DNA from: Eledone cirrhosa
Lineage: Eukaryota
Reading direction: 5' to 3'
Assembly: GCA_964016885.1 (NCBI GenBank)
Contig: OZ024752.1
Location: forward strand, 24,614,001-24,678,000
DNA: 64,000 bases
In this document: in pieces, positions 1-14,722 of the stretch
Layout of the letters: each line of letters opens with the position of its first letter
Numbering within the stretch: position 1 is the stretch's first letter
Program-made: the position numbers and the translations under genes
The notes under the pieces: generated by a model
The model's database searches: none
Told to the model about the DNA's origin: nothing
The model's input: the letters and a program-made list of their open reading frames with translations, nothing else

Positions 1-1819
1 TGGTGGGGTTGTGGTTGCGTGTTAGTGCGTTGCATGTTGCTATGCTGGTGCGCTGAGTCATTAGGGATGTACTTATTCAGTATTGCTGAGTTGAGTTTTC
101 TAATTAGTTGTTCTATGTTAGGTGCAGTGGAGTATGAGAGTCTAATGGTGCGCGAGTTAAAGATTTTATAGTATTTATGTGAAGTTGTAAAGTGTTTATT
201 GATTAGTGTATAGAATTGTGAGATAATCTTAGTGCTAATAGAAGAATTGTACACGGGGTTATACCATATGTACTCTCTACGTCTGACTCTATTTGCTGGT
301 TTGCACCTGTTAGTATGCCTATTGATGTGTATGTGTGGTGCAATACTAGTTCGACTTAGATGTGTTTTATTCATAGTACTTATGTGGTTATCGTCTAGAT
401 ATTCAATTTTCTCGCAGTAACCAGCTTTTCTAAGTGCGTCATTATAATATTCAGCATGCTCGTTGAAGGTCTGCAAATTAGACGACAGTCGGGAGATCCT
501 TATGGATATATTTTTAGGGATAGATTTAATAATGGAATGAGGATGGTTCGATTTTACATTAACGTACTTAAGATTTTCATTAAGTTTGTGAAATGGCTCT
601 ATATTACCGTTATTAAGGTTGAAGGTGACATCCAAGAAGTTGACCACCTTAAGATTGTGTTCAAAGGTAATATTAAGCCCTAGTTCTAAGAAAAGTTTCC
701 TAATGTTTTTACGTCGCCTTTCTAGGTTTTGTTTGTTCATATTCTTGACTAATAGAAGTGTATCGTCGCGGTATATTCCGCCGTGGAGGTCCGTAAATTC
801 GCTCTGGAGTCTATGGGCTATATAGATCCCAACCAAATCCGTGACCTCCGCCGAATCATTAGAACCCATCGTAATGTCGAATTCCGAGGTTCTATCCCTG
901 CGGACCCAATAACTATTTTCAAAGTGCACTACTGTGCGTCTAGCTTCAAGTATAATATTAATTTCCTCGTTTGTGAGGTCTGAGTTAGTCTTAGCGAAAG
1001 AGAGGGCCTTATGCAGGGTTTCGGGTGAAATAGAGGAATAGTATTCATCTATATCGAATTGAATAAAAGAAGATTTGTTTTTGTCCCTAATGTTATTGAA
1101 CCATCTTATTGCCTGGTGAGTATTACCCCATAATTTAATATCTACCTTAGCCTTAACATGGGGGATAATACGATCTAATATGTACTTACTAATCCTACCT
1201 ATATCGGACTTAGAAGGACATATTAATCTAATTTTAGGGTTAGTATCGAAGTTATCCTTATGGTCCTTCAGATTAAAAGTCGGTGTAGCTGGGGATAGGG
1301 GTACCGTTCTGTCGTCAATTTTCAGTTTCCTAACAATATCACATGCTGCGTTATTAATGTTGGTTAGTGTAGTTGCGTTTGTTTTTTGTATTTCCTATGT
1401 AATTCCTTACGTATAAAATTGTTATATGTTTCTACATCCAGGGTGTATAGATTCGAAGTTTTGTCTGCCTTTATGATAATTCCTTTGGTATTCCTTAGGT
1501 TGTTGAGGAGAGTTTTAATATCTCGTTGCAGTTCGTTTTTCCTTCCGTTTGCAAATTTGATTCCGGTTATCATTTTCATTAAGTCCTGTTCGAAAGAATC
1601 CAAAAGAGGGTTAGAGGGTGGGTTTTTGTAGGATTTGAAACCAAACTTCTCGTTGTTGGTGTCCGAAGTTTGTGTAATCCTTTTCCGATCGAAGTGGAAG
1701 GCCTTCCATCTAATCCGCCGAATAAATTCGTTGGTCCTTTGTATCATACCAAGAATGTAATCCTTTTTACCCTGAATAGGTATGTTTTTTAAGGACATAC
1801 CACAATGATGTTTTTCCAT
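1..1819 (-). pseudogene. PLE reverse transcriptase ORF (frameshift in an A-run near 1385; continues beyond window)
   Basis: N-terminus SLKNIP...FIRRIRWKAFHF and IIKADKTSNLY. Downstream minus-strand translation gives FDITMGSNDSAEVTDLVG and GGIYRDD. Confidence 0.88.
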
Positions 1820-2026
1820 TTCAAAGACGCGGGTTGATAGGTTGCTCGACTGTAAAGGAGTGTGAAGAATTAGTTAATTTGTATTCCAATGTTACTAAGT
1901 AGTTGCATTGGATGGAGTCAACTGACGTCAGAGATTACTCAACGTATAATAAAGTGTGTTTTAAAATCCGGAGAAAATATGGAGAAAAAATTTACGAAAT
2001 GGAAATGCGGGTATATAGAATTTATT

Positions 2027-2143
2027 AGGTAACAATTGTTTCTATAGTGTATGAGTTACCTATACTTCGCTATTTGAATAATACACAAATATTATCAAAA
2101 ACCGAAAGTACACTGTAAGCCAGCACACCATGTCATCAGACCT
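2027..2143 (-). ncRNA. Type I hammerhead ribozyme with extended stem II
   Basis: Minus strand: AGGT-CTGATGA-C-ATGGTGTG...(long insert)...TACACTAT-A-GAAAC-AATT-GTT|ACCT. Palindromic stem III, GUU site. Confidence 0.75.
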
Positions 2144-2553
2144 TTGTATTAGAATGATATGAAAATATTTTATACACTAGATAAAAGATAAAGAAGGAGG
2201 TAGGAAGAGAAGGGGAAGAGGGAAGTGAGTAAGGTGGAGGGAGTCCTAGGGTTTAAGACTGTCAGACTAGTAGAGATTGTGAAGAGAGAATGTTTTGGCA
2301 GCAGTTAGCTTAATGAGGCGTGTTAAGGTTGGCTGGGAAGTAGATTCTTCTAGTGGTGTTGTTCGGACAAAATTTAGTTAGAGGGGTCAAAGTGGTACAA
2401 TGTCACAGACAAGTTATTAGGGCTATTATAGTAGCAGGTTATTTCTAAAGGGGTCCAGAAAAACAGTGTTTAGTACTATTATTATAGAAAGCAATATCTA
2501 GTGTATAAACATATAAGACAGAAATTTGCAAACGTTGGTGTAAAAAGGTAACA

Positions 2554-3270
2554 TTATATGCATTTAAAAAAAGAAAAAGTCGTTTTCAAACGATGGTTAC
2601 AGTATAGAGAACGTTCAATTTTGCTATTCAAAAGTTTGTTTACCGACGTTAAAATGCAGTATATCTCTAAATTGCATAACTTGCAGAATCGATGATTTTG
2701 CTGATATACAGGCGCAGCTGCAATAATTTGCCAATCAAGGGAGAACGCTTGATTGTTCCTCCGAAGCTGCCAGGCTTTATCGGCGAGGGTTGTTACGGAG
2801 CGCATTTTCTCGTGCCTGATCGAAGATCGATGTTGGTATAGGCGAGCCTTGAAAGAAGTTGCGGTACATCCGACGTAATACCATTTGTTGGTCCTGGAAT
2901 TTATTGTACACCGGTAGACAATATTGCGTGCTAGGCACTGGTTATTCAGTGGGCACGTACCTGGTTTGGTGCAGTTACAACTATTTTTATGTTTTGCAGT
3001 AGAATCCTGGATTGTTTGGTGGGGTTGTGGTTGCGTGTTAGTGCGTTGCATGTTGCTATGCTGGTGCGCTGAGTCATTAGGGATGTACTTATTCAGTATT
3101 GCTGAGTTGAGTTTTCTAATTAGTTGTTCTATGTTAGGTGCAGTGGAGTATGAGAGTCTAATGGTGCGCGAGTTAAAGATTTTATAGTATTTATATGAAG
3201 TTGTAAAGTGTTTATTGATTAGTGTATAGAATTGTGAGATAATCTTAGTGCTAATAGAAGAATTGTACAC
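2554..3270 (-). CDS. PLE C-terminal GIY-YIG endonuclease region (part of the 5'-truncated tandem copy)
   Basis: CNC-x5-CPL-x3-CL linker, IVY...[25 protein letters not shown]. Confidence 0.88.
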   Translation of the reverse strand: MYNSSISTKIISQFYTLINKHFTTSYKYYKIFNSRTIRLSYSTAPNIEQLIRKLNSAILNKYIPNDSAHQHSNMQRTNTQPQPHQTIQDSTAKHKNSCNCTKPGTCPLNNQCLARNIVYRCTINSRTNKWYYVGCTATSFKARLYQHRSSIRHEKMRSVTTLADKAWQLRRNNQAFSLDWQIIAAAPVYQQNHRFCKLCNLEIYCILTSVNKLLNSKIERSLYCNHRLKTTFSFFKCI

Positions 3271-3434
3271 GGGGTTATACCATATGTACTCTCTACGTCT
3301 GACTCTATTTGCTGGTTTGCACCTGTTAGTATGCCTATTGATGTGTGTGTGTGGTGCAATACTAGTTCGACTATATATATATATGTTTATATATATATAT
3401 CTGATATATATATATATATGTTTATATATATATA

Positions 3435-3526
<92 letters not shown>

Positions 3527-3544
3527 TATATATATATATATATA

Positions 3545-3677
3545 TTTTGACTTTTATTTAACTTTATTTAACTTTATTTTACACTACTCCGGAGTAACCA
3601 AACAAACCTGCGCACTTCGTCGAGTGCTCCAGCCTGCATAATGAGGTGTTGGTATACAACCAACATAAACTCAAAAT
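3545..3677. repeat. ~130-bp unclassified retroelement end fragment, copy 1
   Basis: Near-identical to 9405-9537. Has short (ACTTTATTTA) repeats at one end and a GCACT-TCGTCG-AGTGC hairpin. Flanked by TA. Confidence 0.55.
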
Positions 3678-3702
3678 ATATCTTATATATATATATATCT
3701 GA

Positions 3703-3771
<69 letters not shown>

Positions 3772-3874
3772 AATATATATATCTGATATATATATGTATA
3801 TATATATATCTGATATATATATATATATTACTTATATATATATATATCTTATATATATATATATATATATATTT

Positions 3875-3933
<59 letters not shown>

Positions 3934-3941
3934 ATATATTT

Positions 3942-3983
<42 letters not shown>

Positions 3984-4400
3984 TATATATATATATATCT
4001 TATATATATATATGTATATATATATATGTTTATATATATATATATATATGTTTATATATATATATATGTTTATATATATATATCTGATATATATATATGT
4101 GTGAGTTTATATATATATATCTTATATATATATATGTTTATATATATATATCTGATATATAAATATATATATGTTTATATATATATATCTTATATATATA
4201 TATGTTTATATATATATATCTGATATATATATATATATATATATATGTATGTTTATATATATATATCTTATATATATATATATATGTTTATATAGATATC
4301 TTATATATATATATATGTTTATATATATATATCTGGTATATATATATATGTTTATATATATATATCTGATATATATATATCTCTGTTTATATATATATAT

Positions 4401-4466
<66 letters not shown>

Positions 4467-4589
4467 ATATATATATATATATGATATATATATATATATA
4501 TATATATATCTGATATATATATATATATATATCTGATATATATATATATAATGTATAAGAACAGAAGATGGTTAAAGGAGTTCCATGTA

Positions 4590-4656
4590 TTTTATTATGC
4601 GCATTTCAAAAACAAACATCATCATGCAATAATATTTGTGTTTTCATCAGATAAAA
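4590..4656 (-). ncRNA. Minimal type I hammerhead ribozyme
   Basis: TTTTAT-CTGATGA-stem II-GAAAT-GCGC-ATA|ATAAAA. Palindromic GCGC loop, AUA site. Confidence 0.85.
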
Positions 4657-5148
4657 CAGGAGGACATGATATGAAGGCTAAAAAACACTTGTGGATAGTG
4701 CAGTTTTAAATCAACATATGAGAAGTAGTTTTAGATTGATGTGTGATATTGGGAAAAATATTTTATTTAGAGGGAGTGGGGTGGAAAGGATGAAAAAAAG
4801 GAGGAGATGAATATAATGAGGAAGGATGAGATAGGAGGAGAGATGGGTGATAGAGAGAGAGAGATAGTTTTTATAACTGAGAAAGATATATTGTTTTACA
4901 TAGAGAGGTTGAAATCCGTTGGAAGATAATGTATGAATTAAAAGAATTTGAAAATTAACGAAGAAGGAGAGGGAGTTAATATGTATTGAGAATAATGAGT
5001 TTCATGATAGAGAGAAGAAAATAATTATTATAACACAAACACACCCGGATGTGGCGCATGCGCGAACTGAGCACACAACACACACACAGAAACAAAATGG
5101 CATAGGATAGAAGAAAGGAAAGGCACAGAAACAAAGAAAGGAATCCCC

Positions 5149-5193
5149 AGTCACTGAAGAGGTCACAGAGTGTGTGACGAAAGGACTATGACT
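5149..5193 (+). ncRNA. Minimal hammerhead motif of PLE family A
   Basis: AGTCA-CTGAAGA-G-GTCACA-gagtg-TGTGAC-GAAA-GGAC-TA|TGACT. Stem III is very short and non-palindromic in this copy. Confidence 0.65.
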
Positions 5194-5550
5194 ATATATA
5201 AACAACTATCTGGTTGTGGAACAATCCAACCAACCAGAAATTTATAAGTTTGTAGATTTGTAAATTTATAAATTTATAAATATATAATAAATTGAAGTGA
5301 AAGCAACTGGTGCGTGTGTTTCTTATTGGCAACATGACCCTCCCAAAGAATAACAATATATATATATCTCTTATATATATATCTGATATATATATATATA
5401 TATCTTATATATATATATATATATATATCTGATATATATATATATCTTATATATATATATATATCTGATATATATATATATCTGATATATATATATATAT
5501 ATATATCTTATATATATATATATGATATATATATATATATCTGATATATA

Positions 5551-5590
<40 letters not shown>

Positions 5591-5685
5591 GATATATATA
5601 TATATATATATATCTTATATATATATATATACGTTTATATATATATATCTGATATATATATAAATATATGTTTATATATATATAT

Positions 5686-8600
5686 CATCATCATCATCAT
5701 CATCATTTTACGTCCGCTTTTCCCTGCTTGCAAGGGTGGGACGGGTCTTATTCAGCACAGCATCTCTCCACTCGTCACGGTCCCTCGTCATCTCCACCGT
5801 GAGCTTCAATGATCTGAGGTCTGTTCTCACCACCTCCGCCCATGTTTTTCGTGGTCTACCTCTACCACGTCTTCCTTCAACTGGCATTTCCTGGCACTTC
5901 TTCACCCATCGGTCATCCTCCATGCGCATCACATGTCCATACCACCTCAGTCTCCTCTCCCGTACACTACATTCTATCCCTCTCAGACACAGTTTCTCTC
6001 TCAACACATTTATGCTGGGTCGTTCACGCACATTTACACTGCACATCCAACGGAGCATGCTTGCCTCATTTCTCTCCAGCCGTCGCATATCTTCTGCGGT
6101 AGCTGCCCATGTCTCACTACCGTGCAGCATCGCGCTCCTCACACAGGCATCATACAACCGGCCTTTCGTACGCAGGGAGAAACCCTTCTTCGTCAACAGA
6201 GGAAGCAGCTCCCTAAACTTCTTCCAACCCGTCCTTATTCTAGATACTATGGCCTCGGAACACCCTCCTCCCATGCTAATTTGATCTCCTAGGTACTGGA
6301 AGCTATCCACCACTTCTATAGCGCCCTCTCGCATTTGAAAAATGTGTCTATCAGTGCGACTTCTACTGTCTAACTTCCCTGTACATCTACTGCATACATA
6401 GTTCTCCCTACCTCTTAGTTTGCCTGCTATCCCGCTACATCTCTTGTGTACCCAGGACCTACATTGTGTGCATTTTATAGAATTTATGCCAGTTCCTTTT
6501 CTGCATATCGAACATGGCCATTTCCCTGACGGAATCAGGGTTTTGTCCTCTTTTCTACTCATCAACACTTTTGTCTTAGCTAGATTTACTCTCAGTCCTC
6601 TTGCTTCCAACTGCTGTTTCCATAGCCGGAATTTATTCTCTAGCTCCTCTACTGATTCTGCCATAAGAGCCAGATCGTCAGCATAGAGAAGTTCCCATGG
6701 ACAGCCAGTCTTAAACTCCTCTGTTATGGCTTGGAGGACTATAATGAACAAGAGCGGGCTGAGGACCGAACCCTGATGTACTCCTACTTGTATCTGGAAT
6801 TCCTCACTAAACTCCATTCCTACCCTGACTTTACTGAGAGTACCTCTGTACAAAGTTTGCACTGTCCTTACAAGCCATTCCTCAACACCCAGCTTCCTTA
6901 GGGACCACCAGATGACAGATCGGGGTACCCTATCAAAGGCCTTCTCTAGGTCAACAGGCTAAGTATAGTGGCTTATTCTTCTCTAAGAACCTCTCTTGCA
7001 TTTGTCTCACCAAGAAGAGGGCATCTGTTGTACTCTTCCCAGGCACAAAACCAAACTGCATCTCATCTAGTTTGACCCTTTCTCTAATTAGTTGTGCTAA
7101 AATCCTTTCTGCCACTTTCATAACCTGATCTATCAGTTTTATACCCCTATAATTGCTCCTCTCCAAAGCATCCCCTTTACCTTTGTAGCAATTTATGAGA
7201 ATACTGCTGCACCAGTCTTTGGGTATGACACCACCATATATAGCCTGATTGATTATGCGTGCAACCAGTTTAGTGCCTACGTCCCCTGATGCTTTCAGCA
7301 TCTCAGCAACTATTCCCGATGGTCCGGCCGCCTTACCATTTTTCATTTCCCTAATTGCCTCTTGGACCCTATATTCGTCAATCTCAATAGCTGGTCCCTC
7401 TGTCGGATCTACCAAGGGTAATTTCTCTCTCTCCCATTCGTTCTCCACATTCATCAGTCTCTCATAATGACATTTCCAGGCCTCCTTTTTCTGGTCATTC
7501 GTGACACTAAGTACACCGGCATCATCCCGGACACATTTATCACCAACAACATCCTGATTTGCATTGACACACTCCCTTGCAATGTGGAACACCGCACGCC
7601 TCTGATCTTCCCGTCGCAGAACATTGGCAAACCTCCTACTCTCTGCCTCCCTGCGTGCTAAGTACACCTGACGTCTAGCTTCTCTCTTAGTGGCTGTATA
7701 TTCTTCCCTACTCCCACCCTTATTCCAAGCCTTCCATGCTAGTCTTTTGTCTCTAATAGCCTTATCTACACTGCTGTTCCACCACCAGGTCACTCTCTGT
7801 CTGGTTGGAGCTCTGCTCCAGCCACAGGTTTCATCAGTAGCCTTCAGCAAGTTGTCACGTAAGAACTTCCAGTTATTATCTATGTCATACGTCTCTAAAT
7901 CGTCTTCTTTTTCGTCATATACATCTTGAAGGGCTTTCCTAAATTTGAATTTTAGTGAAAGGTCTTTTAGCTTCCAGACCTTTCTTCTCCACACCTTCCT
8001 ATATGTCTCATTCCATCTCTTGCTTACTGAGATATCACTAACAACTAACCTATGCTGTGGGGTACATTCTTCCCCAGGGTATGCCTTGGTATTAGACACT
8101 ATCTGCCTGTCCCGCTGCCTAACTAGCAGGAAGTCAATCTGGCTTATGTGCTCACCAGATTTGTAGGTTATTAGGTGATTGGCAGGTTTCTGGAAGTTTG
8201 TGTTGCAAATAGTCAATGTACTTGCATCACAAAATTCAAGAAGTCTCACTCCTTCTTCATTTCTTGAACCGTAACCGTGCCCACCATGTACCCCAGTGTA
8301 ACCATCCTGGAGCTGTCCAACATGACCATTGAAGTCTCCTGCTAGCATAACGATGTCTCCGTCCTCTGTCATTGTGGTTGTTTGCAAAAGTTGCTCATAA
8401 AAGCAGTCTTTCTCATCTTTGCCTAGGCCTGCTTGGGGAGCATAGGCCGAGATGATTGTCAGTAGTCTCCTACCTACAACTAATCTAAGCTTAATTATTC
8501 GATTACTAACTCGAACTACCTCTATTGTCTTATTGATCCATTTCTCAGCCAGGAAAATGCCTACTCCCCCTAACCCATCATCCTTACCTACCCAGAATAG

Positions 8601-8769
8601 CTTATAGCTAAGACGCTTGCCTACGACTAGTCTCACAGAGGCACCCCTCCATCTCACCTCTTGCACGCAGCACACATCCACCTGCCTTCTCTCCAGCATC
8701 TCCGCTATTTCAGCAGACCTACCTCTGAGAGTGCCAACATTAAGTGTTGCAACTCTGAGATGCGACGTC

Positions 8770-8772
<3 letters not shown>
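5686..8772 (-). mobile_element. RTE-clade LINE, truncated at the start of the APE domain, (TGA)n tail
   Basis: APE (TLNVGTL, VQE, GDFNGH, QIDF, PQH) plus RT (GVHQGSVLSP, YADD). 3' (CAT)7 on the plus strand. Inserted in TA. Confidence 0.95.

Positions 8773-8774
<2 letters not shown>
5708..8774 (-). pseudogene. RTE APE-RT polyprotein with PHD-type finger; single frameshift at ~6955
   Basis: ORFs 6951-8774 and 5708-6862. KPLYLA(FV)DLEKAFD is broken by an apparent 2-bp loss. Confidence 0.9.
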
Positions 8775-8805
<31 letters not shown>

Positions 8806-8945
8806 TATATATATCTTATATATATATATATATCTTATATATATATTTATATATCTGATATATATATATATATATCATATATATATATATATATATATCT
8901 GATATATATATCTGATATATATATGTATATATATATATATATATA

Positions 8946-8981
<36 letters not shown>

Positions 8982-9003
8982 GATATATATATATATAAAT
9001 ATA

Positions 9004-9054
<51 letters not shown>

Positions 9055-9147
9055 TATATGTATATATGTTATATATCTATATATATGTTTATATATATAT
9101 ATCTGATATATATATATATATGTTTATATATATATATATATATATTT

Positions 9148-9253
<106 letters not shown>

Positions 9254-9283
9254 CTTATATATATATATTTATCTTATATATAT

Positions 9284-9366
<83 letters not shown>

Positions 9367-9372
9367 ATATAT

Positions 9373-9404
<32 letters not shown>

Positions 9405-9409
<5 letters not shown>

Positions 9410-9537
9410 ACTTTTATTTAACTTTATTTAACTTTATTTTACACTACTCCGGAGTAACCAAACCAACCTGCGCACTTCGTCGAGTGCTCCAGCCTGCATA
9501 CTGAGGTGTTGGTATACAACCAACATAAACTCAAAAT
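9405..9537. repeat. ~130-bp unclassified fragment, copy 2
   Basis: Duplicate of 3545-3677. Confidence 0.55.
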
Positions 9538-9583
9538 ATATCTTATATATATATATATCTGATATATATTATATATATATCTG

Positions 9584-9629
<46 letters not shown>

Positions 9630-9736
9630 TATATATATATATATATATATATCTGATATATATATCTGATATATATATGTATATATATATATATATCTGA
9701 TATATATATATATATATTACTTATATATATATATAT

Positions 9737-9779
<43 letters not shown>

Positions 9780-9805
9780 CTTATATATATATATATATTT
9801 CTTAG

Positions 9806-9897
<92 letters not shown>

Positions 9898-10180
9898 TAT
9901 ATATATATATGTATATATATATATGTTTATATATATATATATATATGTTTATATATATATATATGTTTATATATATATATCTGATATATATATATGTGTG
10001 AGTTTATATATATATATCTTATATATATATATGTTTATATATATATATCTGATATATAAATATATATATATGTTTATATATATATATCTTATATATATAT
10101 ATGTTTATATATATATATCTGATATATATATATATATATGTTTATATATATATATATCTGATATATATATAAATATATGT

Positions 10181-10212
<32 letters not shown>

Positions 10213-10358
10213 TTATATATATATATCTTATATATATATATATATGTTTATATAGATATCATATATATATATATGTTTATATATATATATCTGATATATA
10301 TATATATGTTTATATATATATATCTGATATATATATATCTATGTTTATATATATATAA

Positions 10359-10402
<44 letters not shown>

Positions 10403-10415
10403 ATATATATATATA

Positions 10416-10482
<67 letters not shown>

Positions 10483-10593
10483 TGATATATATATATCTGA
10501 TATATATATATATATATATCTGACATATATATATATATATATATATATATCTGATATATATATATATATATCTGATATATATATATAATATAT

Positions 10594-11394
10594 AACAACA
10601 GAAGATGGTTAAAGGAGTTCTATGTATTTTATTATGCGCATTTCAAAAACAAACATCATCATGCAATAATATTTGTGTTTTCATCAGATAAAACAGGAGG
10701 ACATGATATGAAGGCTAAAAAACACTTGTGGATAGTGCAGTTTTAAATCAACATATGAGAAGTAGTTTTAGAATGATGTGTGATATTGGGAAAAATATTT
10801 TATTTAGAGGGGGGTGGGGTGGAAAGGATTGAAAAAAGGAGGAGATGAATATAATGAGGAAGGATGAGATAGGAGGAGAGATGGGTGATAGAGAGAGAGA
10901 GATAGTTTTTATAACTGAGAAAGATATATTGTTTTACATAGAGAGGTTGAAAACCGTTGGAAGATAATGTATGAATCAAAAGAATTTGAAAATTAACGAA
11001 GAAGGAGAGGGAGTTAATATGTATTGAGAATAATGAGTTTCATGATAGAGAGAAGAAAATAATTATTATAACACAAACACACCCGGATGTGGCGCATGCG
11101 CAAACTGAGCACACAACACACACACAGAAACAAAATGGCGTAGGATAGAAGAAAGGAAAGGCACAGAAACAAAGAAAGGAATCCCCAGTCACTGAAGAGG
11201 TCACAGAGTATGTGACGAAAGGACTATGACTATATATAAACAACTATCTGGTTGTGGAACCAACCAACCAACCAGAAATTTATAAGTTTGTAGATTTGTA
11301 AATTTATAAATTTATAAATATATAATAAATTGAAGTGAAACAACTGGTGCGTGTGTTTCTTATTGGCAACATGACCCTCCCAAAGCATAACAAT
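10594..11394. mobile_element. Head-to-head PLE 3'-end fusion, copy 2 (HHRs at 10627-10693 minus and 11187-11231 plus)
   Basis: Near-identical to 4553-5357, with the same junction. Confidence 0.75.
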
Positions 11395-11422
11395 ATATAT
11401 ATATATCTTATATATATATATA

Positions 11423-11466
<44 letters not shown>

Positions 11467-11571
11467 TATATATATATATATATAAATGATATATATATAT
11501 ATCTTATATATATATATTTATCTGATATATATATATATCTTATATATATATATATGATATATATATATATA

Positions 11572-11603
<32 letters not shown>

Positions 11604-11658
11604 CTTATATATATATATATACGTTTATATATATATATCTGATATATATATAAATATA

Positions 11659-11734
<76 letters not shown>

Positions 11735-11778
11735 TATATATATCTTATATATATATATCTTATATATATATTTATACA

Positions 11779-11810
<32 letters not shown>

Positions 11811-11928
11811 CATATATATATATATATATATATCTGATATATATATCTGATATATATATATGTATATATATATATATATCTGATATATATATATATATAT
11901 ACATCTGATATATATATATATAAATATA

Positions 11929-11985
<57 letters not shown>

Positions 11986-12021
11986 ATATATATATATATA
12001 TCTGACATATATATATATATA

Positions 12022-12089
<68 letters not shown>

Positions 12090-12177
12090 TATATATATAT
12101 ATATATATATATCTTATATATATATATCTGATATATATATATATATCTGATATATATATATATCTGATATATATATA

Positions 12178-12244
<67 letters not shown>

Positions 12245-12247
<3 letters not shown>

Positions 12248-12782
12248 ATTAGAATACTGGAGCGTGTTGGAGTTAAACACCCTCTTCGTATTATAGAAAT
12301 GACAGTAAAAGGTATAGCTCAATGCAGTTAAACAGAGCCAAAAAATTAAGAGAGTAAAACAAAGAATCCTTTAATACATCAAGTTTGTATTAGCCGACAA
12401 TGTTTCGTCCTATCAAGGACTCATCAGGACAATCAAAACAACAAGAAGTAATATCGGCAGATACAAGCCGGAAACTCTGAAGAATATGGAGTGTGCATAC
12501 ACTAAAGTCTTACAAAAATATATGATAATAAAAATGAAAATAAAAATAAAAATATTAAAAATATATAATAATAAGAACAACTAAGGATGTAGATAACATT
12601 AAGAACCATATTACAAATATAGTCCAAAGCAACTAACCCAAATCTAAACAAATTTGGTTATATAGAGCAGGAATTATATATAACACAATGCAATAAACAT
12701 AATACATTATAATAATATACCTTTACCAACATTAAAATTACAAATTAAATATCAAAAGGTACAATATATACATGTATATATG

Positions 12783-12813
<31 letters not shown>

Positions 12814-13404
12814 TCATATATAACAATACACCCATCTATGATCAACTACACAAATTAAGCCCTATTAGAAGTTTGAATATAAAAATAAGCATGATAAGAG
12901 TGAAAATATACCAATACATCTACTCAATATACATGAGGCAATAATATGATATAATTACAAGAGACACATATAATAAATAATAAACAATAAAATTATATAA
13001 TTCAATATAATATAATAAAATAGATAATCCCCGGTTAGTTTACAGAAACAATATAGATGTCACAATAAAATGCAATGATAATACGTAAACAGTGTACTAA
13101 TATTTACCATAAACAATGTATACAAATCGATTCATACTGGGTTACAGAGTAAATGAGGAAAAATAAATTATATAATATTCAAAAAAACACTATAATGGTA
13201 CTGTAAAAATTATGATAGTACAGAAAAAATATATACAGACATCTTACATGATATGTAAAGTCTAAATATCATAATGTTACATATAATGAACAGTAAGTAA
13301 TAAGGATCAATATTACAATATTACAAAATATACAGACATCTTACATGATATATAAAGTTTAAATGTCATAATGTTACATATAATGAACAGTAAGTAATAA
13401 GGAT
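12245..13404 (-). mobile_element. Non-coding 3' end/pLTR of a PLE
   Basis: AT-rich, with an HHR about 145 nt from the TA-abutting end. Internal ~77-bp direct repeat (13231-13307 / 13328-13404). Confidence 0.65.
12389..12433 (-). ncRNA. Minimal type I hammerhead ribozyme, canonical GUC
   Basis: ATTGTC-CTGATGA-GTCC-ttgata-GGAC-GAAAC-ATT-GTC|GGC(T)AAT. Confidence 0.85.
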
Positions 13405-13592
13405 CTGAAGAGGTCACAGAGTGTGTGACGAAAAAACTATGACAATATATAAACAACTATCTGGTTGTGGAAACAACCAACCAACCAGAAATTTATAAAG
13501 TTATAAATTTATTATAAATTTATTATAATAAATTGAAGTGAAAGCAACTGGTGCGTGTGTTTCTTAATGGCAACATGACCCTCCCAAAGTAT

Positions 13593-13598
<6 letters not shown>
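13405..13598 (+). mobile_element. PLE family A 3' fragment beginning exactly at the HHR core CTGAAGA
   Basis: Matches 14866-15059 and ends at ATAACAAT-(AT)n. Confidence 0.75.
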
Positions 13599-13630
<32 letters not shown>

Positions 13631-13684
13631 GATATATATATATATATATTTCTGATATATATATATATATCTTATATATATATA

Positions 13685-13774
<90 letters not shown>

Positions 13775-13848
13775 TATATATATATATATATATATATCTT
13801 ATATATATATATATCTGATATATATATATATATATCTTATATATATAT

Positions 13849-13886
<38 letters not shown>

Positions 13887-13944
13887 CTTATATATATATA
13901 TATATCTTATATATATATATATATATATCTTATATATATATATA

Positions 13945-14046
<102 letters not shown>

Positions 14047-14059
14047 TATACATATATAT

Positions 14060-14092
<33 letters not shown>

Positions 14093-14129
14093 GATATATA
14101 TATATATATATCTTATATATATATATATA

Positions 14130-14171
<42 letters not shown>

Positions 14172-14309
14172 GATATATATATATATACCTTATATATATA
14201 TATATCTGATATATATATATATATATCTTATATATATATATATATCTTATATATATATATATATATATATATCTGATATATATATATATATATATTTTAT
14301 ATATATATA

Positions 14310-14389
<80 letters not shown>

Positions 14390-14653
14390 TATATATATAT
14401 AAGATATATATATATATATCAGATATATATATATATATATATATATAAGATATATATATATATATATAAGATATATATATATATATATCAGATATATATA
14501 TATATAAGATATATATATATATCAGATATGTATATATATATATATATCAGATATATATATATATATAAGATATATATATATATATATATCTGATATATAT
14601 ATATATATATCTTATATATATATCTGATATATATATATATATCTGATATATAT

Positions 14654-14696
<43 letters not shown>

Positions 14697-14722
14697 ATAT
14701 ATCTCTTATATATATATATATA

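Larger units (their letters stand above)
1..3372 (-). mobile_element. Penelope-like element (C-terminal EN, Hydra/Nematis-like): 5'-truncated copy in tandem upstream of a full ORF copy; monomer 3016 bp
   Basis: 1-356 is repeated at 3017-3372 (offset 3016). The ORF starts at 1819 and runs off the window edge. The GIY-YIG part is at 2554-3270 and an HHR at 2027-2143. The upstream copy ends in (TA)n. Confidence 0.92.
4553..5357. mobile_element. Head-to-head fusion of two different PLE 3' ends (minus-strand family to ~5030, plus-strand family A from ~5031), copy 1
   Basis: One HHR on each strand. The right part matches the 3' region of the PLE remnant at 55640-56325. Duplicated at 10594-11394. 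Confidence 0.75.
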
